Positions 9,882 to 19,256 of a stretch of 64,000 bases of DNA are shown here, one piece after another (the first letter of the stretch is position 1; each line of letters begins with the position of its first letter). Location: the NCBI GenBank assembly GCA_963767925.1, contig CAVYGB010000010.1:1504001-1568000 (forward strand), read 5' to 3'. The notes beneath the pieces are model-generated. The model was not told where the DNA came from, did not search any database, and worked only from the letters and a program-made list of their open reading frames with translations. The position numbers were made by a program, and so were the translations under genes. This DNA is from an uncultured delta proteobacterium. GTDB taxonomy: Bacteria; Myxococcota_A; Polyangia; Fen-1088.

Positions 9882-9905
9882 GGTGTTCCAGCGATTGGAA
9901 CGCCT
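9882..9905 (+). promoter_or_regulatory. 24-bp dyad motif, copy 2 (GGTGTTCCAGCGATTGGAACGCCT), putative operator
   Basis: Perfect inverted repeat GTTCCA-N5-TGGAAC in the divergent intergenic region; homologous to 6794-6817. Confidence 0.6.
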
Positions 9906-9966
9906 TGTTTTGGAGGCCCGGACCGGGCACCGCAACCAAGACCCTCTCACCCGAGGAGCCGTCATC

Positions 9967-10509
9967 ATGTACAGGAGCTCGCCATCGCGCTTTCCATTCG
10001 TCGCTCTCTTCCTGCTGGCCGGAGGCAACGGCGCCGCCGCCTCACCGCCCGCCAGCGCTCCGCCGGAGCTCGCGCGCACGGTCGCGGCCTTCCTGGGCCA
10101 CTGGACGCTCGACGCCACCCAGTCGCTGCCCGGAGGGGAGAGCGAGAAGGGGAAGTTCGAGCTCGACTGCAAGAAGACCGCGCTCGGCAAGGCGGTCGCC
10201 TGCGCGATGAGGGGAAAGCTCCCCCGGTCGGGCGCCTCGGAGGGCAGCCTCATCGTCGGCTTCGACACCCACGGCGGCAAGGTCCACGTCATGGTCGTCA
10301 CCTCCGACGAGTCGGTTCACGACCACGTCTGCGCCTGGAAGGGAGACGCCCGGCTCACCTGCGATCCGCTCGTGGGCGGCTCGGGCGGCCAGCCGATCAC
10401 CGAAGACCTGAGCTTCAGCTTCGGTCCCAGGACCCTCACGATGAACGTCGTCGCGACCCTGAAGGACGGGGGCCGCGTGCTGTTCGACGCCTCCGGCCAG
10501 CGGCGCTGA
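9967..10509 (+). CDS. Secreted beta-barrel-like hypothetical protein (DUF1579-like)
   Basis: Signal peptide; PPEL...AFLGHW lipocalin-like start; GAGGAG RBS upstream. Confidence 0.65.
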   Translation: MYRSSPSRFPFVALFLLAGGNGAAASPPASAPPELARTVAAFLGHWTLDATQSLPGGESEKGKFELDCKKTALGKAVACAMRGKLPRSGASEGSLIVGFDTHGGKVHVMVVTSDESVHDHVCAWKGDARLTCDPLVGGSGGQPITEDLSFSFGPRTLTMNVVATLKDGGRVLFDASGQRR

Positions 10510-10539
10510 CCGGCCGGCGCACGAACTCCCGGGGCCCCG

Positions 10540-11091
10540 ATCCGATGTGCTCGTCGAGGACAGCAGCTCCGGCTGGTGCAGCAGCGAGGCGGCAGGTCGC
10601 AGCGCACGCGCTGGCCCAGGCTGAGCTGGCGCACGGGCACGTCGAGCAGCGCCCCAGGTCGAGCAGGGCCACCAGCTCGTCGCGCAATCGCCGGTAGGCG
10701 GCGGCCGGCACCGGTAGATGTCGCGCAGCAGATCGAACGACTCGATCACCGGCAGGTCCCACCAGAGCTGGGTGCGCTGCCCGAACACGACCCCGATGCG
10801 GGCCACGTGCGCGAGGCGCTGGCGCCAGGGGATCCGCCCCGCCACCTCGCAGCGGCCCGCGCTCGGCCCAGGATGCCGGCCAGCACCTTGATCGTCGTCG
10901 ACTTGCCGGCCCCGTTGGGGCCGATGTAACCGACCAGCTCCCCCGCCTCGATCGAGAAAGACACCCCGCCGAGCGCCCGCACCTCCCGGTGGCGCCGCCG
11001 CACGACCGCCCGCAGGGCGCCCCACAGGCCCGCCGCCCGCTCGGCGATCTGGAAGGTCTTGACCAGGTCCTGGGCGACGATCTGGGGGCAT
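10540..11091 (-). pseudogene. ABC transporter ATP-binding protein, multiply frameshifted and 3'-truncated
   Basis: Fragments across three frames: [13 protein letters not shown] (Walker A), [22 protein letters not shown] signature; ends just after LDE (Walker B). Confidence 0.85.
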
Positions 11092-11201
11092 GGGCGCGCT
11101 CAGAATAGGCCCCGCCGCCGGGCGCCATCCCCGGCGGCGGTCCCGATCTCGCAGGCGCCGCGAAAGAAAACCACCTCGACCGCCGATGTGGCAGCCGAGA
11201 C

Positions 11202-12005
11202 ATGTCGCGCGCGACCACCTCCCTGCTGGGCGCGATCCTGGGCGCCCTGGCTCCCGTGGTCCTCGTCGCCTGTGTCGACCTGCGGAAGCCACCCGGCGTC
11301 TCCTGCGCCGACGCCTGCCCTCCGACCGACGACGGCGGCCCCCCGCCCGACGCGGCCGCGCCCGACGCCCCCGTGGTTCCGCCCGACGGCGCCCGCGACG
11401 ACGGGCCCCCCGACGGCCCCGAGCCGCCAGACAGCGCCAGCCATCCCGACGCCGAGCCCCCCGACGTCGCGGGACCCGAAACCCCCGAGGCACCCCCGCC
11501 GCCCCCGCCCGACACCGGCCCCGAGGCGCCGGTCCCCGCGGACTTCGCCCCCTACAACTTCGAGCAGGACGTCCACGGCTGGCGCCTGATCCGCCCGAGC
11601 GGCAACGCCACCACCGCGGCCCGCGCGACGACCCGGGCCTTCGCCGGAGCGAGCGCGCTGGCCATCGACCTCGACGGTCCGGCCGGGGCCGTGGCGGTCG
11701 CGGTCGGGTGCTCGGGCGCCGCCGTGATCCCCCCGCCCGCCGGCGGCGCCAACGTCGCCTTCCGGATCTGGTTCCCGGTGGGAACGCCGCTGCAGTCGGT
11801 GAGCCCCTACTTCATCGATCTCGAGCCCACGCTGTCCCGGGCCTACACCACCTCGACCGCCGCCTCGTCGCTGGTGGCCGGCGCCTGGAACACCATCATC
11901 GTCACCACCCCCGCCACCCTCACCAACGTGATCGAGCTGGGGATCGAATGGCGCACCACCGCCGCCTGGCGCGGCACGGTCCACGTCGACGCCGTCGCCT
12001 GGTGA
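11202..12005 (+). CDS. Lipoprotein with Pro/Asp linker and C-terminal carbohydrate-binding-module-like domain
   Basis: LVAC lipobox; YNFE-DVHGW, AFAGASALA, GAWNTI, GTVHVDAVAW resemble a CBM jelly-roll. Confidence 0.7.
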   Translation: MSRATTSLLGAILGALAPVVLVACVDLRKPPGVSCADACPPTDDGGPPPDAAAPDAPVVPPDGARDDGPPDGPEPPDSASHPDAEPPDVAGPETPEAPPPPPPDTGPEAPVPADFAPYNFEQDVHGWRLIRPSGNATTAARATTRAFAGASALAIDLDGPAGAVAVAVGCSGAAVIPPPAGGANVAFRIWFPVGTPLQSVSPYFIDLEPTLSRAYTTSTAASSLVAGAWNTIIVTTPATLTNVIELGIEWRTTAAWRGTVHVDAVAW

Positions 12006-12162
12006 CCGCCCCCCCCGCGGCTCGGGACAGCGCCCGAGCCGAAGCCCGTCGTCCGGTCCCGAAAAACTGAGGGCCCGCGCGCCTTGCCGGGGCTTGCGGG
12101 GCCGAAGGCCGCCACTTTGCCACCGCCCTCGGGTTGGAACGCCAGTTGCTCCACCGCTGCCC

Positions 12163-13539
12163 ATGCCCGCCGCCATCCACTCCCGCTGCCGCGCCCGCTT
12201 TCCGATCACCCTCGCCTTCGCGCTCGCCGCGTCCGCGTCCGCCTGCGGCGAGCGCCCCGCGCCGCTGGACCCCGACGAACCGACCCCCATCACCGAACGG
12301 GTCGGCGCGACCCCGCCCGACTACCAGTGCCGGCTCGACCGCCCGCGCGCCGACCACACCCCCCGACAGTGGTCGGGCCGCCAGGCGCTGGTCACCACCA
12401 GCGCCGGCGCCTACCTGGCCCGCCTGGAAGCGCAGCCGCTCCGCCCCGACCTGGTCGTGGTGCCCGGTCCGGCCAAGGTCCTGCTGTCCACCGTCGCCGC
12501 CGACGGCAGCTTCGGAGCGCCGCTCACCGTGTCCGATGCCGATCCCGAGACCCTGGGCGGGGTGGCGGTGGCGCCCACCGCCGCCGGGTTCGCCGTGGTG
12601 TGGATCGAGGGGAGCGCCCTGCGCCTCGCCGGCTTCGACGCGCAGGGGTCCCCCACCCTGGCGGCGCGCACGGTGGCAGCCCCCGGGATCGGCAGCACCT
12701 CCCGCCTCCGCCTGGCCGCCGGGTCCGACAGCGGCTTCGGCATCGTCTACGGCGTCGAAACCCAGGGGCAAGCCACCGAGCTGCGTTTCCTCGTGATCGA
12801 CGCCTCGGGCGGCGTGCGGAGCGCCGCCCGCAAGATCGGCGCCGGCCCCGCCCCCTTCGCCGACCCCGCCCCCTCGATCGCCGCCTCCGCCGGCGGCTAC
12901 GCTCTGCTCTGGCGAGGCGGGACCGGCACCGGCCGCATCGAGTTCGCCCGGGCCGATCTGCAGGGCGCGGAGGTGGTGGCCGCGCGCGCCGTCTCGGCCC
13001 CCCAGCCAGCGGGGGTCATGGTGGGCGGCACCTCCGGCTTCGATCCCGCCACCACCTCCCTGCTCCCGGTCGACGGCGGTTACCTGGCGGCCTGGACCGA
13101 GGTGCGCTGGGATCCGAATTCGTTCATGAACAGCGCCTGGGGCATCGTACGGGTGGCCCGGCTGTCCGCCAGCGGCGAGACCGAGGGCCTGGCCGCGCCC
13201 CTGCGCGCCCCCACCTTCGACATCGACGAGGTCGAGCCCTCGCTGGTGCGCTTCGGCGACGCGGTGGCGGTGCTCTGGGGGCGCGGCTCGCACATCTACA
13301 TCTGCGGGGGCTGCGTGCCCGACCACCGCATCGACCTGCTGCTGATCGATCCGCGCACCCTGACCCCCCGGAGCAACGTCGTCAGCGTCGCCAACGGCGG
13401 CGGGCTCAAGGCGGGCGGGCTGCTCCGCCGGGAGGTCGCGGTGCTCGGCTCGTCGCTGCTCACCACCTTCAACCTCACCTTCCACGTGCACGCCACCCCC
13501 GGCTCGGCCACCTTCGTCTGCGAGGAGACCAGCTCCTGA
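12163..13539 (+). CDS. Hypothetical lipoprotein with beta-propeller-like repeats
   Basis: ASAC lipobox; repeats GFAVVW / GYALLW / GYLAAW. Confidence 0.75.
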   Translation: MPAAIHSRCRARFPITLAFALAASASACGERPAPLDPDEPTPITERVGATPPDYQCRLDRPRADHTPRQWSGRQALVTTSAGAYLARLEAQPLRPDLVVVPGPAKVLLSTVAADGSFGAPLTVSDADPETLGGVAVAPTAAGFAVVWIEGSALRLAGFDAQGSPTLAARTVAAPGIGSTSRLRLAAGSDSGFGIVYGVETQGQATELRFLVIDASGGVRSAARKIGAGPAPFADPAPSIAASAGGYALLWRGGTGTGRIEFARADLQGAEVVAARAVSAPQPAGVMVGGTSGFDPATTSLLPVDGGYLAAWTEVRWDPNSFMNSAWGIVRVARLSASGETEGLAAPLRAPTFDIDEVEPSLVRFGDAVAVLWGRGSHIYICGGCVPDHRIDLLLIDPRTLTPRSNVVSVANGGGLKAGGLLRREVAVLGSSLLTTFNLTFHVHATPGSATFVCEETSS

Positions 13540-13546
13540 ACCCCGG

Positions 13547-14254
13547 TCACAGCGGGACGGGGTCCTTCTCCCCGGGGAAGGGACAGCGCAGCTCCCTCGT
13601 CGCGGGCCCGTCGATCAGATCACCGCCGCCATCGAAGGACTCGATCCGCTCGGTGACATGGATCATCCGGCCGGGATCGTATTCGTCGAGGGGCTTGCCG
13701 GCGTTCTTCTTGCGGTAGGCGGCGCAGCCCTCGACCGCCAGCGCCCGCATCCTGGCCCGGGTGCATGCCTCCGGCGCATCCACCAGCAGCCGGTTGATGA
13801 CGCCGACCTCGCAGTGGCCGAGATCCGGGCCCGGGGCCCGCTCGCCGCAGGCGACCGCCACCGGCGTGGCGTTGCAGCGGTCGCTCAGCTGGGACCGGAT
13901 GAGGACCCAGCAGGCGTGCACCCTCGGCCGGCACACGCCCGCGCAGAACATGCCCGGGCAGGACGGTCGCCCCCGGGGACGAGGCGCAGCGGGCTGGCCG
14001 GGACCGGCGTCCGGAGCCCGGACCGGGGTGGTCTCCCGGGGCGCGATCGCCCGGACGGGGGTGGGCTCCGGGACCGGCGGGCGCTCACGGCCTGACAGAC
14101 AGCCGAGCTGGCCAGCGGCGGCGATCAGCCCGAGGGCCGGCCCGAGCCCGAGTCCGGCGAGGCGCCGGCAATCGTCAGGGGATTTTCCGCGCAGGTCGTG
14201 AAGCACGCCACATTTCCTGGTCGATAGAAGCGGTGGGGTTACCGCGTGCACCAC
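13547..14254 (-). CDS. Hypothetical Cys-rich lipoprotein; start uncertain
   Basis: Hydrophobic stretch plus QLGC; ends convergently with the neighbouring gene. Confidence 0.5.
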   Translation of the reverse strand: MVHAVTPPLLSTRKCGVLHDLRGKSPDDCRRLAGLGLGPALGLIAAAGQLGCLSGRERPPVPEPTPVRAIAPRETTPVRAPDAGPGQPAAPRPRGRPSCPGMFCAGVCRPRVHACWVLIRSQLSDRCNATPVAVACGERAPGPDLGHCEVGVINRLLVDAPEACTRARMRALAVEGCAAYRKKNAGKPLDEYDPGRMIHVTERIESFDGGGDLIDGPATRELRCPFPGEKDPVPL

Positions 14255-14330
14255 GCCATTGAGTCCCTCGCGCGCGCCATGTTACGACGATGGCGTGGCG
14301 AGGGGAACTTTCGAGTCGCGTCCGGGAGAA

Positions 14331-16826
14331 ATGCCTCGCAGCGAAACCGAGACGGCCGGACATTCCCTTGCCCTGCCCGGGCCCGCCCGCGCCGCCGACG
14401 CGCCTCCCGCCCGCGACCTCCAGCCCGGCGAGGTGCTCGCTGAACGTTATTCGATAGAGGCCGAGGTGGGTCGAGGCGGCGGCGGGATCGTCTACAAAGC
14501 CTTCGATCAGGGCGCCCAGCTCTGGGTGGCGGTGAAGCTGCTCAACCCCGCCAAGTGGTCGGGGCCCCAGTCCGCCGAGCAGCTCTACCGCGAGCTCCGC
14601 TTCGGGCGGTCGATCCAGCACGCCAACGTCTGCCGCATCTACGACGTGTTCGAGGCGCAGGGCCGCCACCTGCTGGTGATGGAGTACGCCAGCGCGGGCA
14701 CCCTGCGTACAACCTTGCGCGACGGGAGCGGCGACCGGCCCCTGGCCGACAAGCTGGCCGACGCCCGCGGGGTGATCGCCGGCCTGGCCGCGATCCACGA
14801 CGCTGGCCTGGTCCACCGGGACCTCAAGCCGGAGAACATCCTGCGCACAGCCGACGGGCGCCTGCTGGTCTCCGACTTCGGGCTCACCCGCTTCGTCGAC
14901 CAGGCGACTTACACGACCGGCCTCGCCGGCACGCCCGGCTACCTGGCCCCCGAGCTCCTCTCCGGCTTGCGGGAGAGCCAGGCCTCGGACGTGTGGTCCC
15001 TCGGCGTGATCCTCCACGAGATCCTCGAGGGCGAGCGCCCGGCCTGGCTGGTGCCGCCGCGGGCCTCGGCCAGCCGCGCCCACCGGGCCCTCGACGCCCG
15101 GCAGGCAGCGGTGGCGGCGGTGGGGCTGGCCTGCCGGGCCCAGGATCCGCAGCGGCGTCCGGCCAGCGCCCGCGAGGTGGAGGCGCTGCTGCAGAAGAAG
15201 ACCGCCGCGGGCTCGGCGGCGACGGTGCGCTGGCGGCGGGCGGCCCTGGCCCTCGTCGTCGGTGCGACGGGCGCGGCGGCGCTGCTGCTCGTCGGCCGCG
15301 CCGGGTGGCGAACGGCGGCCTCCCCGCCCCCCGAGCGGGCGAGCCTCGACCCCGGCACCGACTGGAGCGCCTCCCGCCTGATCGCCACGCTCGCTGGCAG
15401 CTATTGCCTGCAGGCCCTCCCGCCCGACCGCCGGATCGTCCGCGCCGTCTCCCGCCTGCCGCCGGCGGAGATCGACATCGACGCCGAGGCGGGGAGCTGG
15501 GTCGACGGCCCCACCCCCGGAGACGAAGGCTGTCTGGCCCGCTTGCCGGGGAGCGCCGCCGTGCTGTTCACCCGGCCGTCCCAGGGGCCAGACCGTCAGG
15601 TGATGCTCGGCCCCGGACCCGACGCCCGCGGCGCGGCGCCGCTGCTGCGCGGCTCGCACCCGCGCTGGCTCCCATCCGGCCGCGCGCTGGTCTTCGTCAC
15701 CCCCGACCAGCGGCTGGCGGTGAGCAACCTGCAAGGCCACGTCCGGCCGCTGGCCGCCAGCGGGCCGCCCCCCTTCGAGGTGCGCGACCTCGCGGTCGAC
15801 ACGCGGGGCGAGCGGGCCGCCGCCCTGGTTCACCACCGCCTCCCCCTGGAGGAGGCCCGGATCGAGGTCCACGACCTCCGGACCGGCCAGCCCATGGGGA
15901 GCTGGAAGCTGCCCACCCCCGCGACCCACACGGTCACCTTCGATCCGGTGCGCGGGACCTTCCAGTTCCCCGAGCAACGCCCGCCTGGCTGGGTCTGGAG
16001 CGAGCTCGACGCCGGCGGTGGGATCCGGGTTGTCGGTCGGGTGCCCGGCCGGAACATCGACCGGGCGGTGCGCGCCCGCCACGGCCTCCTGTTCACGATG
16101 CCGATCGAGTCCAGCACCGGCGCGCTCTACCGCCTGGACCGCGACGGCTCCGAGAAGTACATCTCGGCCCGGGCCCGCCAGTTCCGGGTCTCGCCGCGCG
16201 GGGACCTGGTCTACATCCAGGTGGACCGGTCCAACCTCGGCACCGTCCTGCTCAAGCGAGGGGACGGGCCGGTCGTCATCCTCAGCGAGGCCGACAGCTA
16301 CGGCGAGCCGGACATCTCGAGCGACGGGAGGATGGTCGTGTTCGACCACGTGTTGACCGGGGAGATCTTCGCCTGCGACCTGACCGGCGGCGATCACAAG
16401 TCGCGCTGCCAGCTCACGACGGTGGACCGGGGCCTGTTCCGGACGCCCGGGCTGACCCTCGATCCGGAGGGCCAGACGCTGGCCTACGCCGCCCACGAAG
16501 GAGGCACCCTCGGCGGCCCGCTGCACCTGCGCCTGCTGGCCCTGCCGACCCGCAAGACCCGCGACCTGACCCGCCTCGACGGAATCTGCGGCGACGCCTG
16601 CCAGATGCGCTGGTCCACGCCGGCCACGATCCGGATCTGTCCCGGGCAGGGCGCCACCGTCACCGAGGTCGACGTCGCCTCGGGGAGCACGGTCACCCGG
16701 CCGCTGGCGGGGCCGCGCGCCGCCGCCTGCGCCAGCCCGACCGGCGACCAGGGCCACGAGCTGCGCAAGCGGGCGGCGTTCGAGTTCCGCTACGTCCCCG
16801 ACCTCATCGGAGCCCAGGACAGGTAA
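14331..16826 (+). CDS. Hanks-type Ser/Thr protein kinase with TM helix and C-terminal TolB/WD40-like beta-propeller
   Basis: GRGGGGIVY, VAVK, HRDLKPEN, DFG, GTPGYLAPE, DVWSLG; TM ALALVVGATGAAALLLV; PDISSDG repeats. Confidence 0.92.
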   Translation: MPRSETETAGHSLALPGPARAADAPPARDLQPGEVLAERYSIEAEVGRGGGGIVYKAFDQGAQLWVAVKLLNPAKWSGPQSAEQLYRELRFGRSIQHANVCRIYDVFEAQGRHLLVMEYASAGTLRTTLRDGSGDRPLADKLADARGVIAGLAAIHDAGLVHRDLKPENILRTADGRLLVSDFGLTRFVDQATYTTGLAGTPGYLAPELLSGLRESQASDVWSLGVILHEILEGERPAWLVPPRASASRAHRALDARQAAVAAVGLACRAQDPQRRPASAREVEALLQKKTAAGSAATVRWRRAALALVVGATGAAALLLVGRAGWRTAASPPPERASLDPGTDWSASRLIATLAGSYCLQALPPDRRIVRAVSRLPPAEIDIDAEAGSWVDGPTPGDEGCLARLPGSAAVLFTRPSQGPDRQVMLGPGPDARGAAPLLRGSHPRWLPSGRALVFVTPDQRLAVSNLQGHVRPLAASGPPPFEVRDLAVDTRGERAAALVHHRLPLEEARIEVHDLRTGQPMGSWKLPTPATHTVTFDPVRGTFQFPEQRPPGWVWSELDAGGGIRVVGRVPGRNIDRAVRARHGLLFTMPIESSTGALYRLDRDGSEKYISARARQFRVSPRGDLVYIQVDRSNLGTVLLKRGDGPVVILSEADSYGEPDISSDGRMVVFDHVLTGEIFACDLTGGDHKSRCQLTTVDRGLFRTPGLTLDPEGQTLAYAAHEGGTLGGPLHLRLLALPTRKTRDLTRLDGICGDACQMRWSTPATIRICPGQGATVTEVDVASGSTVTRPLAGPRAAACASPTGDQGHELRKRAAFEFRYVPDLIGAQDR

Positions 16827-17018
16827 ACCCGACGCAGGTCGGGTCGGAGCGACGCGGCGATCGATCCTCCGATCCGGACCGGGCGCCCGCGCGTACCATG
16901 CCCGCCGGCTGCCCTGGCCGTGGTAAGGGTACGGCCCTCCCATCACGGCTTCCCCGAGCTCGATGATGCCCGCGACGCCCAGGCGGGCCTGGACGACCCC
17001 CCTCAGGAAAGGAACCGC

Positions 17019-19142
17019 ATGAAGTCTCCCCGCCTCCTCTGCGTCAGCCTGCTGCTGCTCGCGTTGCCCGCCTTCGCCCAGACCCCGCCCGCGCCCACGC
17101 CCGCCCCGAAGGCGGCGACGGCGACGGCGCCCGCCCCGGCCGCCTCCGCCGCGGTGCCCGCCACCCCGCCCAAGCCTCCGGCTCCGGCCGCGGGCGGCTG
17201 CGGCAGCGAGCGCCCCAAGCTCGACGCGATCAAGACCGCCGAAGGCCTCGTGATCGCGCCCGACGGGACCATCTACTTCACCCAGCCCTTCGGCACCGGC
17301 AGCTCGGGCTTCCTGGGCCGCTTCCGCCCCCCGTACACCGCGCCCGAGCTGCAGTGGGTGGACCTCGGCGGCAAGGCCCTGGGCCTCACCCTGGACCCGA
17401 AGCGCCGCGTCCTCTACGCCGGCTCGCGCGACCGCAAGAAGCTGCTCGCCATCTACCTGGCGGCCAAGCCGGACGTCGCCGAGATCGCCGACGTCGAGCC
17501 GACCATCAACGGCGTCACCCTCGGTGAAGACGGCGCCGTCTATTACACCGACCAGAAGGGGGCCCACGTCTACCGGGTCGCCGCCGACGGCAGCAAGACC
17601 CAGGTCACGAAGACCCCGGTGGAAGATCTCAACGGGATCGCCTTCGGCCCCGACGGCAACCTCTACGTGCTCACCTACGCCAAGGCCAAGGTGACCCGCC
17701 TGACCCTCGCGCGCGGCAAGGAGAAGTCGCGGGCCCACTTCGCCGACGTCACCGGCGGCAAGAACGCCGACGGCATCACCTTCGACAAGGAAGGCCGGAT
17801 GTACGTGACGGCGGGGGACCTGTTCCGCCTCAGCCGCGACGGCAAGAAGGTGGAGTCGCTCGGCGCGGCCTACGGGGCCAACGCCGACTTCGGGGTGGGC
17901 GCCCTCGGCTGCTCCGACCTCTACACCGCCGGCAACGGCAAGGGCATCTTCCGCTTCGAGAACGACTCCCCCGGCGTCGACGTGCCCTGGCACCGCCCGG
18001 TGGCGAAGGTGAAGGAGAAGGTGCCGGCGCCCTCCCCGCCCCCCGCGGTTCCGGCCAAGCTGGCGGCCAAGGTCAAGCTCGAGCTGGTCACCAGCGACAC
18101 GACCGAGGCCCTGGCCCTGGTGGCGGTCCCGGGCGAGCCGGTGGGCCGCCTGTTCGTCGTGGAGAAGCGGGGCCCCATCCGCATCCTCAAGGGCAAGACC
18201 ATCGAGCCCAAGCCCTTCCTCGATCTGACCGGCAAGGTGTCCCTGTGGAAGCGGGAGAACAGCGAGCAGGGCCTGCTCGGCATGGCCTTCCACCCCAGAT
18301 ACAAGGACAACGGCCGCTTTTACATCCACTACACCGACCTCGACTGGAAGACCCGGGTGGTGGAGTACAAGGTGCGGGCCGACGATCCCAACCAGGCCGA
18401 TCCGGCCAGCGCCAAGGATCTGCTCGTCCGGCACCAGCCCTACGACAACCACAACGGCGGTCACCTGGAGTTCGGCCCCGACGGCAAGCTGTACGTGCTG
18501 CTCGGCGACGGCGGCAGCGGCGGCGACCCCCACTACCTGGCCCAGAACCCGCGCACCCTGCTCGGCAAGATGGTGCGCTTCGACGTCGACGCCGAGAAGC
18601 CGGCCCCCGAGGTGATCGGCTCGGGCCTGCGCAACCCCTGGCGCTACAGCTTCGACCGCAAGACCGGTGACCTCTACATCGCCGACGTCGGCCAGAACGT
18701 CTTCGAATACGTCCACTTCCTCCCGGCCAAGAAGGTCAAGGGGCCGACCAACTTCGGCTGGAACACCGTCGAGGGCAAACACTGCTTCCAGGCCGAGAAG
18801 TGCAACCGCAAGGGCTACACCCAGGCGGTGCTGGAGTACCCCCACAGCGAGGGCTGCTCCATCACCGGCGGCTACACCTACCGGGGCAAGGCCATCCCCG
18901 AGCTGGCGGGCGCCTACTTTTACAGCGACTACTGCACCGCCATCCTGCGCAGCTTCCGGATCAAGAACGGCAAGGCGGTCGACTCCTGGGACTGGAAGCA
19001 GGCCCTCGACCCCGACTCGCAGATCGCCCAGGTGGCCTCCTTCGGCGAGGATCAGGACGGCGAGATCTACGTCGTGACCCACGCCAAGGCGATCTACAAG
19101 ATCGTCCCCCGCATCCCCGGCGAGCAGGCCAGCAACCGCTAG
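17019..19142 (+). CDS. Secreted fusion of an SMP-30/gluconolactonase domain and a PQQ-dependent glucose/sorbosone dehydrogenase domain
   Basis: N-terminal AEGL, NGIAFGPDG, ADGITFD; C-terminal EQGLLGMAFHP, NHNGG-LEFGPDG, GLRNPWR-SFD, SFGEDQDGE. Confidence 0.9.
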   Translation: MKSPRLLCVSLLLLALPAFAQTPPAPTPAPKAATATAPAPAASAAVPATPPKPPAPAAGGCGSERPKLDAIKTAEGLVIAPDGTIYFTQPFGTGSSGFLGRFRPPYTAPELQWVDLGGKALGLTLDPKRRVLYAGSRDRKKLLAIYLAAKPDVAEIADVEPTINGVTLGEDGAVYYTDQKGAHVYRVAADGSKTQVTKTPVEDLNGIAFGPDGNLYVLTYAKAKVTRLTLARGKEKSRAHFADVTGGKNADGITFDKEGRMYVTAGDLFRLSRDGKKVESLGAAYGANADFGVGALGCSDLYTAGNGKGIFRFENDSPGVDVPWHRPVAKVKEKVPAPSPPPAVPAKLAAKVKLELVTSDTTEALALVAVPGEPVGRLFVVEKRGPIRILKGKTIEPKPFLDLTGKVSLWKRENSEQGLLGMAFHPRYKDNGRFYIHYTDLDWKTRVVEYKVRADDPNQADPASAKDLLVRHQPYDNHNGGHLEFGPDGKLYVLLGDGGSGGDPHYLAQNPRTLLGKMVRFDVDAEKPAPEVIGSGLRNPWRYSFDRKTGDLYIADVGQNVFEYVHFLPAKKVKGPTNFGWNTVEGKHCFQAEKCNRKGYTQAVLEYPHSEGCSITGGYTYRGKAIPELAGAYFYSDYCTAILRSFRIKNGKAVDSWDWKQALDPDSQIAQVASFGEDQDGEIYVVTHAKAIYKIVPRIPGEQASNR

Positions 19143-19154
19143 CCAGTCGCCGCC

Positions 19155-19195
19155 AAGGCCGGGCCCGCGCGCAGCGCGGACCCGGCCTTTTTCTT
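19155..19195 (+). terminator. Rho-independent terminator
   Basis: Hairpin AAGGCCGGGCCCGCGC-GCA-GCGCGGACCCGGCCTT followed by a T-tract. Confidence 0.8.
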
Positions 19196-19256
19196 GCCGT
19201 TCAGGAGATCCCTACCCGGGGGGGTCCCGCTTGCGCGGGCGGTGGAAGATGCTCTC

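Noticed and set aside
6794..9905. 24-bp inverted repeats as IS/transposon ends
   Set aside because: The enclosed gene is not a transposase and no target-site duplication is evident; an operator interpretation fits better.
6687..10697. 1336-aa plus-strand ORF
   Set aside because: It is the antisense shadow of the STAND ATPase gene in high-GC DNA and has no recognisable motifs.
14175..19082. 1635-aa minus-strand ORF
   Set aside because: It is the antisense shadow of the kinase and dehydrogenase genes.
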